From assembly GCA_963849325.1 (NCBI GenBank), contig CAWKHF010000012.1, forward strand, positions 416,001-480,000: a DNA stretch of 64,000 nucleotides. Direction: 5' to 3'. The first letter of the stretch is position 1, and each line of letters opens with the position of its first letter. Positions 1 to 10,510 of the stretch are shown piece after piece. The DNA is from an uncultured Planctomycetota bacterium (GTDB taxonomy: Bacteria > Planctomycetota > Planctomycetia > Gemmatales > Gemmataceae). Under the pieces are notes generated by a model. It made no database searches, was not told the origin of the DNA, and saw only the letters and a list, made by a program, of their open reading frames with translations. The position numbers and the translations under genes are program-made.

Positions 1-1537
1 GCCAATTTGCTGGGGCTGCTGATCGGCGCCGTCCAGCTCCTGGCCACTCATGCCATGCTCGCCAACTCGACGCGCGGCGGCTTCGATCCGCTGAGCGGCT
101 CATTGATGCCGCCGCAGCTGCTTCAGCTGATCGCGCCCGATCTGCTGTCCGGTCACTTGCCTCGTTACTTCTGTGCGGAACCTCTGTATTTCGGAGCGGT
201 CCCGCTTATCCTCGGTCTGTGGTGGCTGGCTCGTCGATGCATGAGGCCAGCTTGTGCGGGAACGGAAGACGGCGAGCGATCCGCGGAGATCGCCGCGAAT
301 CGACTCGGGCTGTTCGCCCTCGTCCTAGGTATACTCTCCGGCTGGCTGGCTCTGGGACAGTATGGCTACCTGTATTATCTGCAAACGCGGTTGCCGCTCG
401 TCGGCCAGTTTCGTTTGCCGGCCCGTTATTTCACCCTGGTGGCGTTCGCGGCGGCGGTCCTGGCCTCGGTGGCGTTCGATCGCTTGCTCGCCGGCGTGAC
501 AGCGGGACGAAAAGGTTCCTGGCGGCAGTTGGGTGCTCCGTGGGCTTGCGTCGCGGCCGCCCTGGGCCTGGCCATCGCCTTCCGGCTCGCCTATCCCGAC
601 GAGAACGGTAGCAGCATTCATCGGAACTATTTCGCGGGAGTGCTCTTTCTCGGGTTGACGGCGTCCGCGCTGACCCTGGCCGCGCGGATGGAGAGCGGGG
701 CTGGTCCTCCTGGTCGCGCTCGTCGTCGTGGACGTCAGCGTGTTCGGTCTGCGGGCGCCGTTCTGGGGCGTGAGCTTGTGGCACGGTCTGCCCACCCTGT
801 CCGAGTTCCAGGCTCGCGCCGAATCGCCCCCTCTATCCCGCGAAGGCCGATGGCTGGACGACGCCTTCGAGATGCCGCACCCCGCGCTCTTCGATCAGCC
901 GGTGTTGACGGGCTATCGCGGCGGTCTGGAGCCGCGGAAGCGGCTCGATTATCACACCATTGCCGCCCTCCGCGTGTCCCATACCGCCTGGCAGCACCTC
1001 TCGCGGTTTGGAGGTCCGACGGCCATCCCAGGACTGACGCCGCGGAACGAGTGGTGGTACGAGGTACACGATCCGCTGCCGCGAGTGCGTTTGCTGGACC
1101 GGACGCAAGTGAGCGACGACCCGGCGGCGGACATCCAGCGCATCGATGTGGAGACGACGGCGCTGGTGACGCATCCGGTGGAGTTAGAGGCAGGCCAGCC
1201 AGGCAGCGCCCGCCTGATCGGCGAGCAACCGGGAGAACTGTGCATCCACACGACGGCGGCGGGCCGGCGACTGCTGGCGATCGCCGAGAGCTACGATCCG
1301 GGATGGCGACTTTTCGTCGATGGCGCTCCGGCGAGCATGGAGTGCGTCAACGGCGACTTCCTCGGTTGCGTCGTCGAAGGCGGCGAACATGAGGTCCGCT
1401 TTCTCTTCCGTCCGGCGAGTATTCACTATGGCCGAATGTTCTCGCTTGGGGGACTGGCCATCGCCCTGCTGCTGATCGCTCGGTCCCTCCTCCAACTCCG
1501 GGCGGCCGAACCGTGGGCGGCAACCTATCCCGTTTAG
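1..1537 (+). CDS. YfhO-family membrane protein (GT-C-like), 5'-truncated, frameshift near 690
   Basis: Multi-TM N-part (YFGAVPL, FRLPARY) in ORF 7.. joins ORF 728..1537, which has the YfhO-type C-terminus 'LAIAESYDPGWRLFVDG...VNGDFLGCVVEGGEHEVRFLFRP' plus a final TM. Confidence 0.7.
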
Positions 1538-1595
1538 CCGCGACGCGCAGCGCAGCGCGCTCCGCTGCGCGTCGCGGTTAAACGGGATAGGTTGC
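1520..1595. repeat. REP-like palindrome family A, copy 1
   Basis: gcaacctatcccgtttagccgcgacgcgcagcg...cgctgcgcgtcgcggttaaacgggataggttgc; same core at 17156, 30552, 43105; lies between convergent genes. Confidence 0.9.
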
Positions 1596-3035
1596 TAATT
1601 CGCGTTCGGATCGCGGCGGACCCTCTTGGCCGTGCCGTTGGTGAGAGAGGCCAGGCGGACAGCCGGATCCTTCTTGGCTTCGGATCGAGCCACGGCCTTC
1701 TTCGGATCGAGAAGCCGGGACCGACCCTGCGGATTGGGCGGAGGCGCCGCGGCGCGTCGGTCCTGGAGCACGGCCATGGCGCCAAGAGCGATAACGACAA
1801 TCAGGGCGACGCCCAAGCCGACCAGGAGGGGCAGCATGGACGGCGAAAGGGGCAGAAAGCGCAGGCCGCCGCCGAGAACGGCCCCGACCAGGATCCACAA
1901 CGGCCAGAGTTGCCCCAGGATGTTCGACGTGACGGGCGGCGGGGTGGTCGGAGAAGGCGCGGGTGGGCGGGCCGGCTCCGGGGGCGGCACGGCACTGACG
2001 TTGACCTTTTTCACCCGACCGGACGGCGGCACCGGCGGAGTGGTACGCGGCGCGGCGCGGTCGGGCCGAATGATCTCTCCGGAGCGACCGAGGCGGCGCA
2101 CCCGATTGAGCGGCGGCGCGGCCGGCTTCACGGGTTCCGGCGCCGGCTCCGGCGTCCGTACAAAAACGGCTGGCTCCGCGGGGCCGTTCGTCGTCGCGGA
2201 AGAGTCAACCCCGACCGTGGCAGCCGTAGTCACGATGGCAGGACGAACCGCCGCCGCCGCCTCGCGTAGCAACTCCACGGTTTGCCCAGCCTTGGCCATC
2301 GGACGAGACTTCTCGCCCAGACCCAGCCTGTCGGCCAGCTGGCGATACTGCCGGGCCGCCGGCGAATCGGCATGGCGATGGCTGCCGATCTGGCCCGCGC
2401 AAGGCTTGTTCAATCGTCTCGTCGTGTGGGATCACCTCCGCCAGAATGCGCGAGCCCAGGCGGCCGCGCAGCTCGCGCTCCCAGCGGCAACCCGGTTGCT
2501 CTCCCTGCGGCAGCGTCAGCAGGATGCCGCGCATCTGGATGCTGTGACCGTTACGGCTGGACCGCTGCACCAGCTCCAGGAAGGCCGGCAGGGTGCGGTG
2601 GGCCATCGATTCGGCGCGCATGACCAGCAGGAACTCGTCGCAGCTGCCGATCAGCTGAGCGCCGTTGGGACCGAGGAACGGCGGCACGTCCACGATCAGA
2701 CAGCCATAGTACTGCCGCACGACCGGCAGGGACAGCGCCTGCAGCAGGCGGTCGAGGTCGTCGTCCGAGCAACTCCCTCCCTCGTAAGGAGAGAGGATGT
2801 CGAGTCCGGGCATCACGTTGGCGACGAGGACGCCGGGCAACTCGACGCTGGCCTGCCGCAGCGGTTGACGCTGCGGATGCTCGGCGAGGTTGAGGGCCGT
2901 GCTGACGTTGCTAAGCGGATCGGCGTCGAGCAGCAGGACGCGCGTGCCGCTGGAGGCCGTGGCCGCGGCCAGATTCATCGACGAGGTCGTCTTGCCCACA
3001 CCGCTTTTTTGGCTGGCCACCAGCAGTTTCCGCAC
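1595..3035 (-). CDS. ParA/MinD-family ATPase with Pro-rich linker and C-terminal two-TM anchor (frameshift near 2400)
   Basis: SQKSGVGKTT Walker A, LLDADP, LIVDVPP, IPHD; the expected ParA last helix 'DSPAARQYRQLA' lies in ORF 1595..2413, which continues into Pro-rich and hydrophobic segments. Confidence 0.7.
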
Positions 3036-3222
3036 GGCCTTCTCCCGAATAAAAGACTCTGCTCGCTCTCAATCAAGAGAGTCGCAAGGTTCTTCCAAGA
3101 AAAACCTACTACATAAATAAGGTCCTCACTTTGTCCGGAGGACAATTTCCTCCGAAAGCATTCGCCGCACGCCCTGAAATTGAGGCCCGTGAAGGACGCA
3201 TTCAGGCGGGACAGGAAACCCG

Positions 3223-3434
3223 TGCCGGAGCCGCTGGCGACTTAGCGTCTGTCCGGTAAGCCCCCCTCTCCCCCGTACTCGGGGGAGAGGGGTAGGGGGT
3301 GAGGGGGCGGAAAAGCCGCGACAAACCCACCCCCTCACCCCAACCCCTCTCCCCCGAGTACGGGGGAGAGGGGCTTACCCGACAGACACATTAGCGTTGG
3401 TCGCTATCCCGCTAAGCCGCCAGCGGCTCTGGCA
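3223..3434. mobile_element. Nested MITE-like element inside a REP-like palindrome
   Basis: Outer arms 3223-3247 and 3410-3434; inner element ~3245-3389 with 18/20 terminal inverted repeats, flanked by duplicated TTAG(CG); innermost ccctctccccc/gggggagaggg hairpins. Confidence 0.7.
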
Positions 3435-3442
3435 ACAAGTTC

Positions 3443-4423
3443 CTAATCATTGCGGGCAATGCGGGCCATGGCACGGAAGACGGCCGGCTCGATCCACTCA
3501 TGGACGGGGCGGACGGAGCCGTCGGCCCACAGCACGTTGAGTCCGTCGCGGTGGAGTCCGCCGAACGGCCGTTCGTAGCCGACATAGCGATCGCAGTCGG
3601 AGTCGAGGCCGCGTACCGTGGGCGGGCCGCCAGCCAGCCACGGGCCGTTGTCGCGCGTCGTCTCCACGACCATCATCGTCGCGCTGATGCCGGCTGAGAT
3701 GTCGGAGCGCGTCGGCGTGCGATCGTAGCCGAAGAAGCCGGCCCGAGGGTCGCCCGCCGACAGGACGGCGGCGTCGAGTCCGACGCCGGCTATGCCGACA
3801 TAGGAGGTCAGGCCCCGCCGGTTACCGGCGAAACCGCGGATGAAGGTGGGGCACAACAAAGGCGCGACGTTCTTCTGCCGTGCGGACTCGTTGGCCGGCG
3901 CATCCCACGCCTCCTTCCAGGCGATCTCCTCGGCCCGCTTCTCCCACTGCTTGTTGGCCGGCGCGCCTTCCGGAAGGTACGCGATGACAGCGGCCTGCCA
4001 GCTCAGGCGTCGCTCCGGGGCGAGCGAGGCATGGGGCACCGTCGCGGCCGGGAAATGTTCGCCGTGCTGATCGTAATACTTGTTGACGGCCTCGCCGAGC
4101 TGGCGCAGGTTATTCGTGCAGATGGCGACGTGACTTTTCTCCTGGACGAAGAGGAGTACCAGGGCGAAACAGCCCAGCGCGAGGATGAGCGTGCCAAGGC
4201 CGCCGAGGGCCAGGGCGGCGATGGCCAGTCCACGTCCGCGCAGCCGGCCGTCGCCGCGGTTGATCTCGCGGATGGCCCGGACGCCCAGCCACAACGCCGG
4301 CAGGGCCAGCACGAAGGACAGGCCCAGCACGAAGGCGACGACGGCCGTGACGCTCAGCCGCGATTTCGTGACGTTCGGACACGGGAGTTCCTCGGCTCCT
4401 CCAATCGTGGAAATAGCGATCAT
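3443..4423 (-). CDS. DUF4190 + DUF1559 (H-X9-DG) planctomycete protein
   Basis: TM pair with 'RLRGRGLAIAAL', then CTNNLRQLG, SWQAAVIAYL, TSYVGIAG, HRDGLNVLWADGSV; ATGA overlap with the upstream gene. Confidence 0.8.
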   Translation of the reverse strand: MIAISTIGGAEELPCPNVTKSRLSVTAVVAFVLGLSFVLALPALWLGVRAIREINRGDGRLRGRGLAIAALALGGLGTLILALGCFALVLLFVQEKSHVAICTNNLRQLGEAVNKYYDQHGEHFPAATVPHASLAPERRLSWQAAVIAYLPEGAPANKQWEKRAEEIAWKEAWDAPANESARQKNVAPLLCPTFIRGFAGNRRGLTSYVGIAGVGLDAAVLSAGDPRAGFFGYDRTPTRSDISAGISATMMVVETTRDNGPWLAGGPPTVRGLDSDCDRYVGYERPFGGLHRDGLNVLWADGSVRPVHEWIEPAVFRAMARIARND

Positions 4424-5914
4424 TCGGCGGCGAGCCGCTGACGCGCCGCCGTCACTTCGCGCTCGCGCATGTCTCGGAAACACTGCTGCCAATCGCGCAC
4501 TTTCTCGGAGAGCGTGAAATGCTTGTAGTGGCCCCAGGTGCGGTCGGCGCGGTCGGCCTGCTCGTCGAACGTCTCGCGGTAAACGATCCGTCCCTGCTCG
4601 ACCAGCTTCACGAACAGCGGTTCGCCATCGATCTTCTCGGAAGCATCGGCGACGACGAGCGTATCGCCGCGGGCGTGGACGCGCAGGTAGCCGCCGAGCG
4701 ATTCCTTGCCGGGCGAGTTGGAGAACTTGACGTTGGGGTGCTCTCTCGGTGGCCGAGCGCTTGAAGGCGGCCGCCAGCGTGTCGCGGTGGACCAGCCGCC
4801 ACCAGTAACCGCCGGCGCCGGGGAAGAGCATGGTCGGCTCCTGCCCCGTCGCGCGGCGGAAGTGGTCGTAAACCTTGTGGACCATGTTCCGGGCGTCACC
4901 TCGTCCTCGAAGACGATCCGGCGCGGCGGAATGCCGGCCTTCCGCATGCGCTCGAAGTACAGGACGCACTGCTCGGCGATGTCGCCGGAGTCGACGCGAA
5001 TGCCGACCCGGTCGGTTTCCGGGTGGGCCTGGATGACGCGCAGGGCGTTCTCCAGGCCGACCGTCTCGGCGTCCACCAGGTCGCACAGCAGCGACGCCTC
5101 GCCCCATCGCCGTGACGAAGCGGTCCATCATCTCGTACTCGGCCTCGCCCAGCGGGCGGTCGAACGACTGGCCGGCGCACATCATCTCGTGGCCGATGGT
5201 GCCGACGGACCGGAACAGATCCGGATAGAGGAACTCCGCCGTGTCGTTGGAAGTGAGCCGCCCGCGGCCGCCGACGTAGCGGGCCAGCAGCAGGACGAGG
5301 TTGGTCAATTCGTTGGGCGCGGCGCGCAGGCCGAACTCGGCGTCGCGCGGCGTGGCCAGCTTCATCAGCCGGGCCTTGGTCGCCTGGATGACGGGGCGAA
5401 ATAGCGGCACATGGCCGGCTCCAGGTAGGAGATGGCCCCGCCCATGCCCTCGAAGGACAGGCACGGCATCCCCGCCAGGAACGTCTGTCCGCCGGGAAAG
5501 CCCCAGATGTCGACGGGCAGGTGGATGTCGTCGCCGGGCTGGCTGTCGAGGATGGTGCGCCAGAGTTCGTGCGGGAAGGCGTGCGTGGCGGAGTGCTCTC
5601 CGATACCAGCGGGCGGCCAGTTCGATGTCGGCGCGGCGCAGCGGGCGGTGGAACCACTGGGCGAGCATGGCCTCGTGGCCGGCCATGATGAGTTGATCGC
5701 CGGCGCCGGGTTCGGGCAGCCCCTTGCGCATGGTCAGAGCGTAGCCGGCGCGGGCGCAAGCGACGTCGGGCACGGCGGCCCACATGGTGCGCTTGTAGGT
5801 GTCGGTGCCGCCGAGCCAGCCGCCGAGCAGGAAGTGCCGCGCGAAGAACTCCTCGCGCATGGCCGCGCGCTTGGCTCGAAATGGATCGTCAACCCCAACG
5901 GAACGCATGGACAT
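4420..5914 (-). CDS. Nicotinamide/nicotinate phosphoribosyltransferase family protein (several frameshifts)
   Basis: DTYK, EFGLRAA, TSN, GTIGHE, GIRVDSGD, HRDT..AFK and KFSNSPGKES motifs spread across three frames. Confidence 0.75.
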
Positions 5915-6102
5915 CCTCGTGAGCCGCTCGCCAAGATACGTCTGGACCGATGCCGCTGCTTTCGAGATTGTATTGCGCTCCGGAAATGTGTTTGATCTCC
6001 GCGTATTCGGACGTGCCCTCGTGCATGGACCGATCCAGGTGAATACGAGTACAATGAGAGAAGCTGTCGCGCATCCCCATGAGGTAGAACAGGAGAACGA
6101 TT

Positions 6103-6376
6103 ATGGCATCGACCGGACGTTCGCTACAGTAAAGAAGAATTCGCCCGGCGTGGCGATGCTCTTTACGAGCAAATCCGCCTCCATCTCCAGGCGGACGATA
6201 AGGGCAAGTTCCTCGCCATCGACATTGAAACGGGCGCGTATGAGCTTTCCAGGAGCGAGATGAGGGCGGTAGACAAACTGCACGCGCGGATTCCCGACGC
6301 TCAGATTTGGATGGTTCGGGTCGGTTTTCCCTATGTCCATCGCTTTGGTGGTCGAGGACTGCGGGGAACGCCATGA
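6103..6376 (+). CDS. Small conserved protein (DUF5678-like) preceding aspartic protease; one indel near the 5' end
   Basis: Reads ...YSKEEFARRGDALYEQIR...GKFLAIDIETGAYE...PDAQIWMVRVG; RBS aggag; ATGA overlap with the next gene. Confidence 0.65.
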
Positions 6377-6771
6377 TTACCGGCGTGGTCAAGGCCGGCG
6401 AAGCCCGTATTCGTCTGAAGGTCAAAGGATCTCGGGGGCGGGAGCAGGAAGTTGAAACCGTCATTGATACAGGGTATACGGCATCGCTGTCATTGCCTCC
6501 CGCCTTGGTAATCGCGTTGGGCCTACACTGGCAACGATTGGACCGTGGCATGTTGGCTGACGGCAGCGAATGCATTCTTGACGTGTATGAAGCCAAGGTG
6601 ATGTGGGATGGCAAAGCGCGCCGCGTTTTTGTAAATGAGGCCGATACGGACCCCCTGGTCGGCATGGCCCTGTTGAGAGGGTGCGAACTGAAAGTGCAAG
6701 TCCGATCCCGTGGAAAAGTAACGATCAAACGGCTTCCCTCCAGCCCGAGAAGGGGAAGTCGAAGAGGATGA
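6373..6771 (+). CDS. Clan AA (retropepsin-like) aspartic protease, AF_0612 type
   Basis: MITGVV...VIDTGYTASLSLP...LADGS...PLVGMALL. Confidence 0.85.
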   Translation: MITGVVKAGEARIRLKVKGSRGREQEVETVIDTGYTASLSLPPALVIALGLHWQRLDRGMLADGSECILDVYEAKVMWDGKARRVFVNEADTDPLVGMALLRGCELKVQVRSRGKVTIKRLPSSPRRGSRRG

Positions 6772-6772
6772 A

Positions 6773-8414
6773 TCAACGGCGGCGCAACAGAAGCAGCGTC
6801 TGATCGTCCTGCAATTCGGCCTGGCCGCTGAAGCGCTGCACCGCCGCGCTGGCCTCGTCGGCGCACGCCTCCAGCGGCAGGGCCGTGCGCGGCCCGCCGA
6901 GCACCTCGCACAAGCGCTCCAGGCCGAACATGTTCTTGCGGTCCGGAGCGAACGCTTCCGTGAAGCCGTCGGTGTAGAGGATGAGCGTCTCGCCGGAATG
7001 GAGTGACAGCGACGTGTCACCGACATCGCAGATCCAGGGCCGAGCAGCCCAGCATCACGCCCGGCTGCAGCGGCCACCTCGACGACGCTGCCGTCGCGGC
7101 GGCGCAGCAGCGGCGGCGGATGGCCGCCGGAGGCCAGCAGCACCGAGCCGTCGCGGCGGTCGTAGATGCCGTGCAGCAGGGTGACGAACAGCGCCGTGGG
7201 GTTGTCGGCCACCAGCGCGGCGTTGAGGCGGCGCAGCAGTTCGGCCGGGCCGCCGGCCGAGGGCGCGAGGTGGCGGATCAGCGTCCGCACCGCGATCATG
7301 AACAGCGCGGCCGGCATGCCCTTGCCCGACACGTCGCCGAGGAAGAAGGCGAGCCGGCCATCCGGCAGGGGGAAGAAGTCGTACAGGTCGCCGGACACCT
7401 CGCGGGCCGGATGGACCCGCGCGAACAGCTCCGGATCGCCGTCGGCAAACACCGCGAAGTCGGCCGGCAAAAACGACTGCTGGATGTCCCGCGCCAACCG
7501 CAATTCCTGGCGCAGCCGTTCCTCGCGCAGCCGCTCGGACGTGCAGGCCGGCGTTCTCCAGGACCGTCGCCACCTGGATGGCGACGGCGGTCAGCACTTC
7601 GAGGTCGTCGGCATGGAAGGCATGGCCGGGCCGCAGGCAGTCGAGTTGGATCACCCCCAGCCGCCGGTCCTCCCAGCCCAGCAGCGGCACGCACAGAAAC
7701 GAACGCAGGTTCAGCGAAACCATCGTGGCCGACAGCACGAGGTTCGGATCGCCGCCCACGTCCTCGCTGAGCAGGCCGACGCCCTCCTCCAGGGCACGGC
7801 GGACGATGGTCCGGCTGTAGGGATAATCGTCCGCGCTGCTCGCCCTGGTGCCGGCTGTGCTGGGCGCGGACCTGCAAGCGGTCGCCCTCGCAGAGCAGGA
7901 CCATGCCGCGGTCGGCCTGGGGGAACAGGCGCAGCAGATGTTCGAGCAAGTCGGCCCAGCAGCGGCTCCATGTCCAGCGTGCGGCCGAGGTGCTGGGCGA
8001 TCTCCAGGACCACCTGCAGCTTGTACGCCGGGTTCTGGCTGAACAGCGTGTGGTTGGAGGGAGCGGCGCTGACCCGAGCGCGGATGATCTGGTCGGGCAG
8101 CGGCGGACTGCTCGGCGTCGCGGCGGGTCGGCGCTGCAGGTCGAGGACGTAGGGGCCGATCTGCAGGGCGTCGCGCTCGCTCAGCGGCGTCGGCCGCTGA
8201 TGCGCCGGCCGTTGACGAAGGTGCCGTTGCTGCTGCCGACGTCCTCGATGAAGTACTCGCCGCCCTGGCAGAGGATGCGGGCGTGCTGGCGGCTGACGGC
8301 CAGCGAATCGAGATAGACGGCGGCGTCTTCCTGCCGGCCGATGAGCAGACTGTCGCCGTGCAGCGCGAAGCGCTGGCCGGGATTGGGGCCTTTGATGGTC
8401 ACCAGAGAGGCCAT
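6773..8414 (-). CDS. FHA-GAF-PP2C (SpoIIE family) Ser/Thr phosphatase (frameshifted)
   Basis: FHA 'IGRQ...AVSRQHA...DVGSSNGTFVNG'; GAF 'RSFLCVPL..LGVIQLD'; PP2C 'VSGDLYD, GDVSGKG, GGHPPP, YTDG, DDQT'. Confidence 0.85.
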
Positions 8415-8456
8415 GCCTCTCTTTTACCCGAGAACCGCGGCGCGATGCCAGCGCTG

Positions 8457-8541
8457 TCCGAGCCGCGACCATCCGAGCCGCGACCGTCAGGGAGCGGTTG
8501 TTCCCGCTCCCTGACGGTCGCGGCTCGGATGGTCGCGGCTC
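8457..8541. repeat. REP-like palindrome family C with duplicated outer ends
   Basis: tccgagccgcgacca-tccgagccgcgaccgtcagggagcgg...ccgctccctgacggtcgcggctcgga-tggtcgcggctc. Confidence 0.85.
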
Positions 8542-10509
8542 AGTGGGCGGCGGCCGACGGGTCATCGTCCACGACCAGCGTCGGCGGCTGACCGAGGGCC
8601 ACGAACAACTCAAACTGGGTGCGGTCGAAGCCGATGACCGCGTCCAGCAACTCCTGCCGCGCCGAGGTCAGACGCTTGGCCTGATTGAGCACCTCGATGG
8701 GGAAGCCGATGCCGCCGCGGATGCGATTGAGATCGCGCTGGAAGCCTTCGGTCGCCTCCTGAACCCGCCGCCGTTCGACGTCGATCGAACGGTACTGCTG
8801 CGCCGACAGGTTGTAGGCTTCGGAGACTTCACGCTCGACCTGGTTGAGAACGCGAACGCGATTGCCCTCCGCCTGACCCAACTCGGCCCGGCGCTCCTTG
8901 GCATGGGCGAGGTTGCCGAAGCCGAAGTTCTGCAAGGTCCAGATGGCCATGACGTCCACGTCGGTACGTCCGGTGATGCGGCCGAACTTGGGGACCGTTT
9001 GTCCCCCCGTGGCCGCGGACGCGGCCCCTCCGGGGCTGGGCGAGCCGTTCGGGTTGGGGACGTTTCCGTTCGTCGAGGCCACCGAGCCGCCGCCGAAGTC
9101 GTCGGCGCTGAAACCGACATAGAGCAGCGGGAAGAGTGGCCGCGTCTTCTCCTGTCGCCATCGCTTCTGGCTGGCCCGAATTTCCGCGGCGGCCGCCATC
9201 ATCTCCGGACGATTGCGGAGCGGCGACTTCCAGCAGTTTCGGCAGCGGTTCATGCGGATCGACAAACTGCACGACCTGGATGGGCACGTCGCCGGTCTGC
9301 AAGCGCGTCGAGGGGTCGAGGTTGAGATAGTGGGCCAATTCCGCGGAGGCGACGGCCACGTCCTCCTGCGCCTTCTGTTCCTGGAATTGCAGATTCAGAA
9401 GGTCGGCTTCGGCTCGGTCGGCATCGCCCTTACGCCCCTGGCCGCTCTTGGCGAAGTTGCTGGTCAGGCGCACGACCTCCTCGAAGTCGGCTTGCGACTG
9501 CCGGAGGACGGCCAGGCGGCCTTCGGCCCGCAGAAGGTCGAGGTAGGCCGTGGCCACGTCGAGTAAGACCTGGTTGCGCGTCGCCGCCGACGTGAAGCGG
9601 CGATTGGCGACCACTTCGCGGGCGACACGGGGCATGAACCAGGCATCGCCCAGGTGCGTGGAGATGAGCAGACCCGGAATTTTGACGGTCTCCGCCGCGA
9701 CGGTATAGGCACCCAGGCCGTAGATGACACTATCGCGATCGACCTTGCGGATGCCGCCGAAGGACGCCTGCAACGGCCCGTTGTGCAGGTCATAGCTGGT
9801 GCCGACGTTCACGTTGGGCAGCAACAAAACACGGGCTTGCAATTGCTCAGCCAGGCTGGCCCGCACGGCCTGTTCGGCCAGGCCGATGATCGGGTTCTCG
9901 ACCCCGGCCAGGGCCAGCGTACTCCCCAGGGTGACGGAGCGGGTGTTCTCGGGCGCCGGCAAAACCGGCGTGCCGAACCCCGCCATCGGACTGGGGAGCA
10001 GGCGGTCCACCTGATATCCTCGATCTTTCTCCGAGGACCAGTTCTTCTCGCGCCTCCCTGTCCTGCTCCCTCGTCCTTGGCACCACGGACGCCGGTGTGC
10101 TGTCGCCGACGGGCATCTGCGCGGGCACCCCCGCCAGCCGAGATACGTCCCGGTCCTCCGCACTGGCGCCATCCGGGTCGCCCCGGAAAGACGCCGGAAT
10201 CACGCCCCGGTCGGTCGAAGAGAGGGCCGGCCTCGGGCCTCCAGCCTGGACGACGGCAGCACCGGAAGGCGACGGATCCTCGGCAGCCCCCTTCGAGGGA
10301 CTCGCCGCTCGAACCGAGGTCGCCACGCCGGGACGAGATCGTCCTTCCTGGAGGACCGCCGTCACGGGATCGCTGACCGGCCTCTGTCCGCGATGGTCCT
10401 CGGTCAGCTGACAGCCCAAGGAACCTCCCAGCAGACCCAGCAGGGCGGCCCCCGCCGCCTTGCAGACACGGCGGCGACGCCCTCCCATTCCCCCTACCGT
10501 TCCTCTCAT
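8540..10509 (-). CDS. TolC-family outer membrane efflux lipoprotein (frameshifted)
   Basis: Lipobox-like LLGGSLGC; 'LALAGVENPII', 'DVATAYLDL', 'NRPEM', 'PIEVLNQ...QFELFVALG'. Confidence 0.8.
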
Positions 10510-10510
10510 G

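Noticed and set aside
3443-5914. 823-aa PRTase-DUF1559 fusion in the ORF track
   Set aside because: Artefact of indels; the PRTase C-terminus ends at 4420 in another frame, with an ATGA overlap
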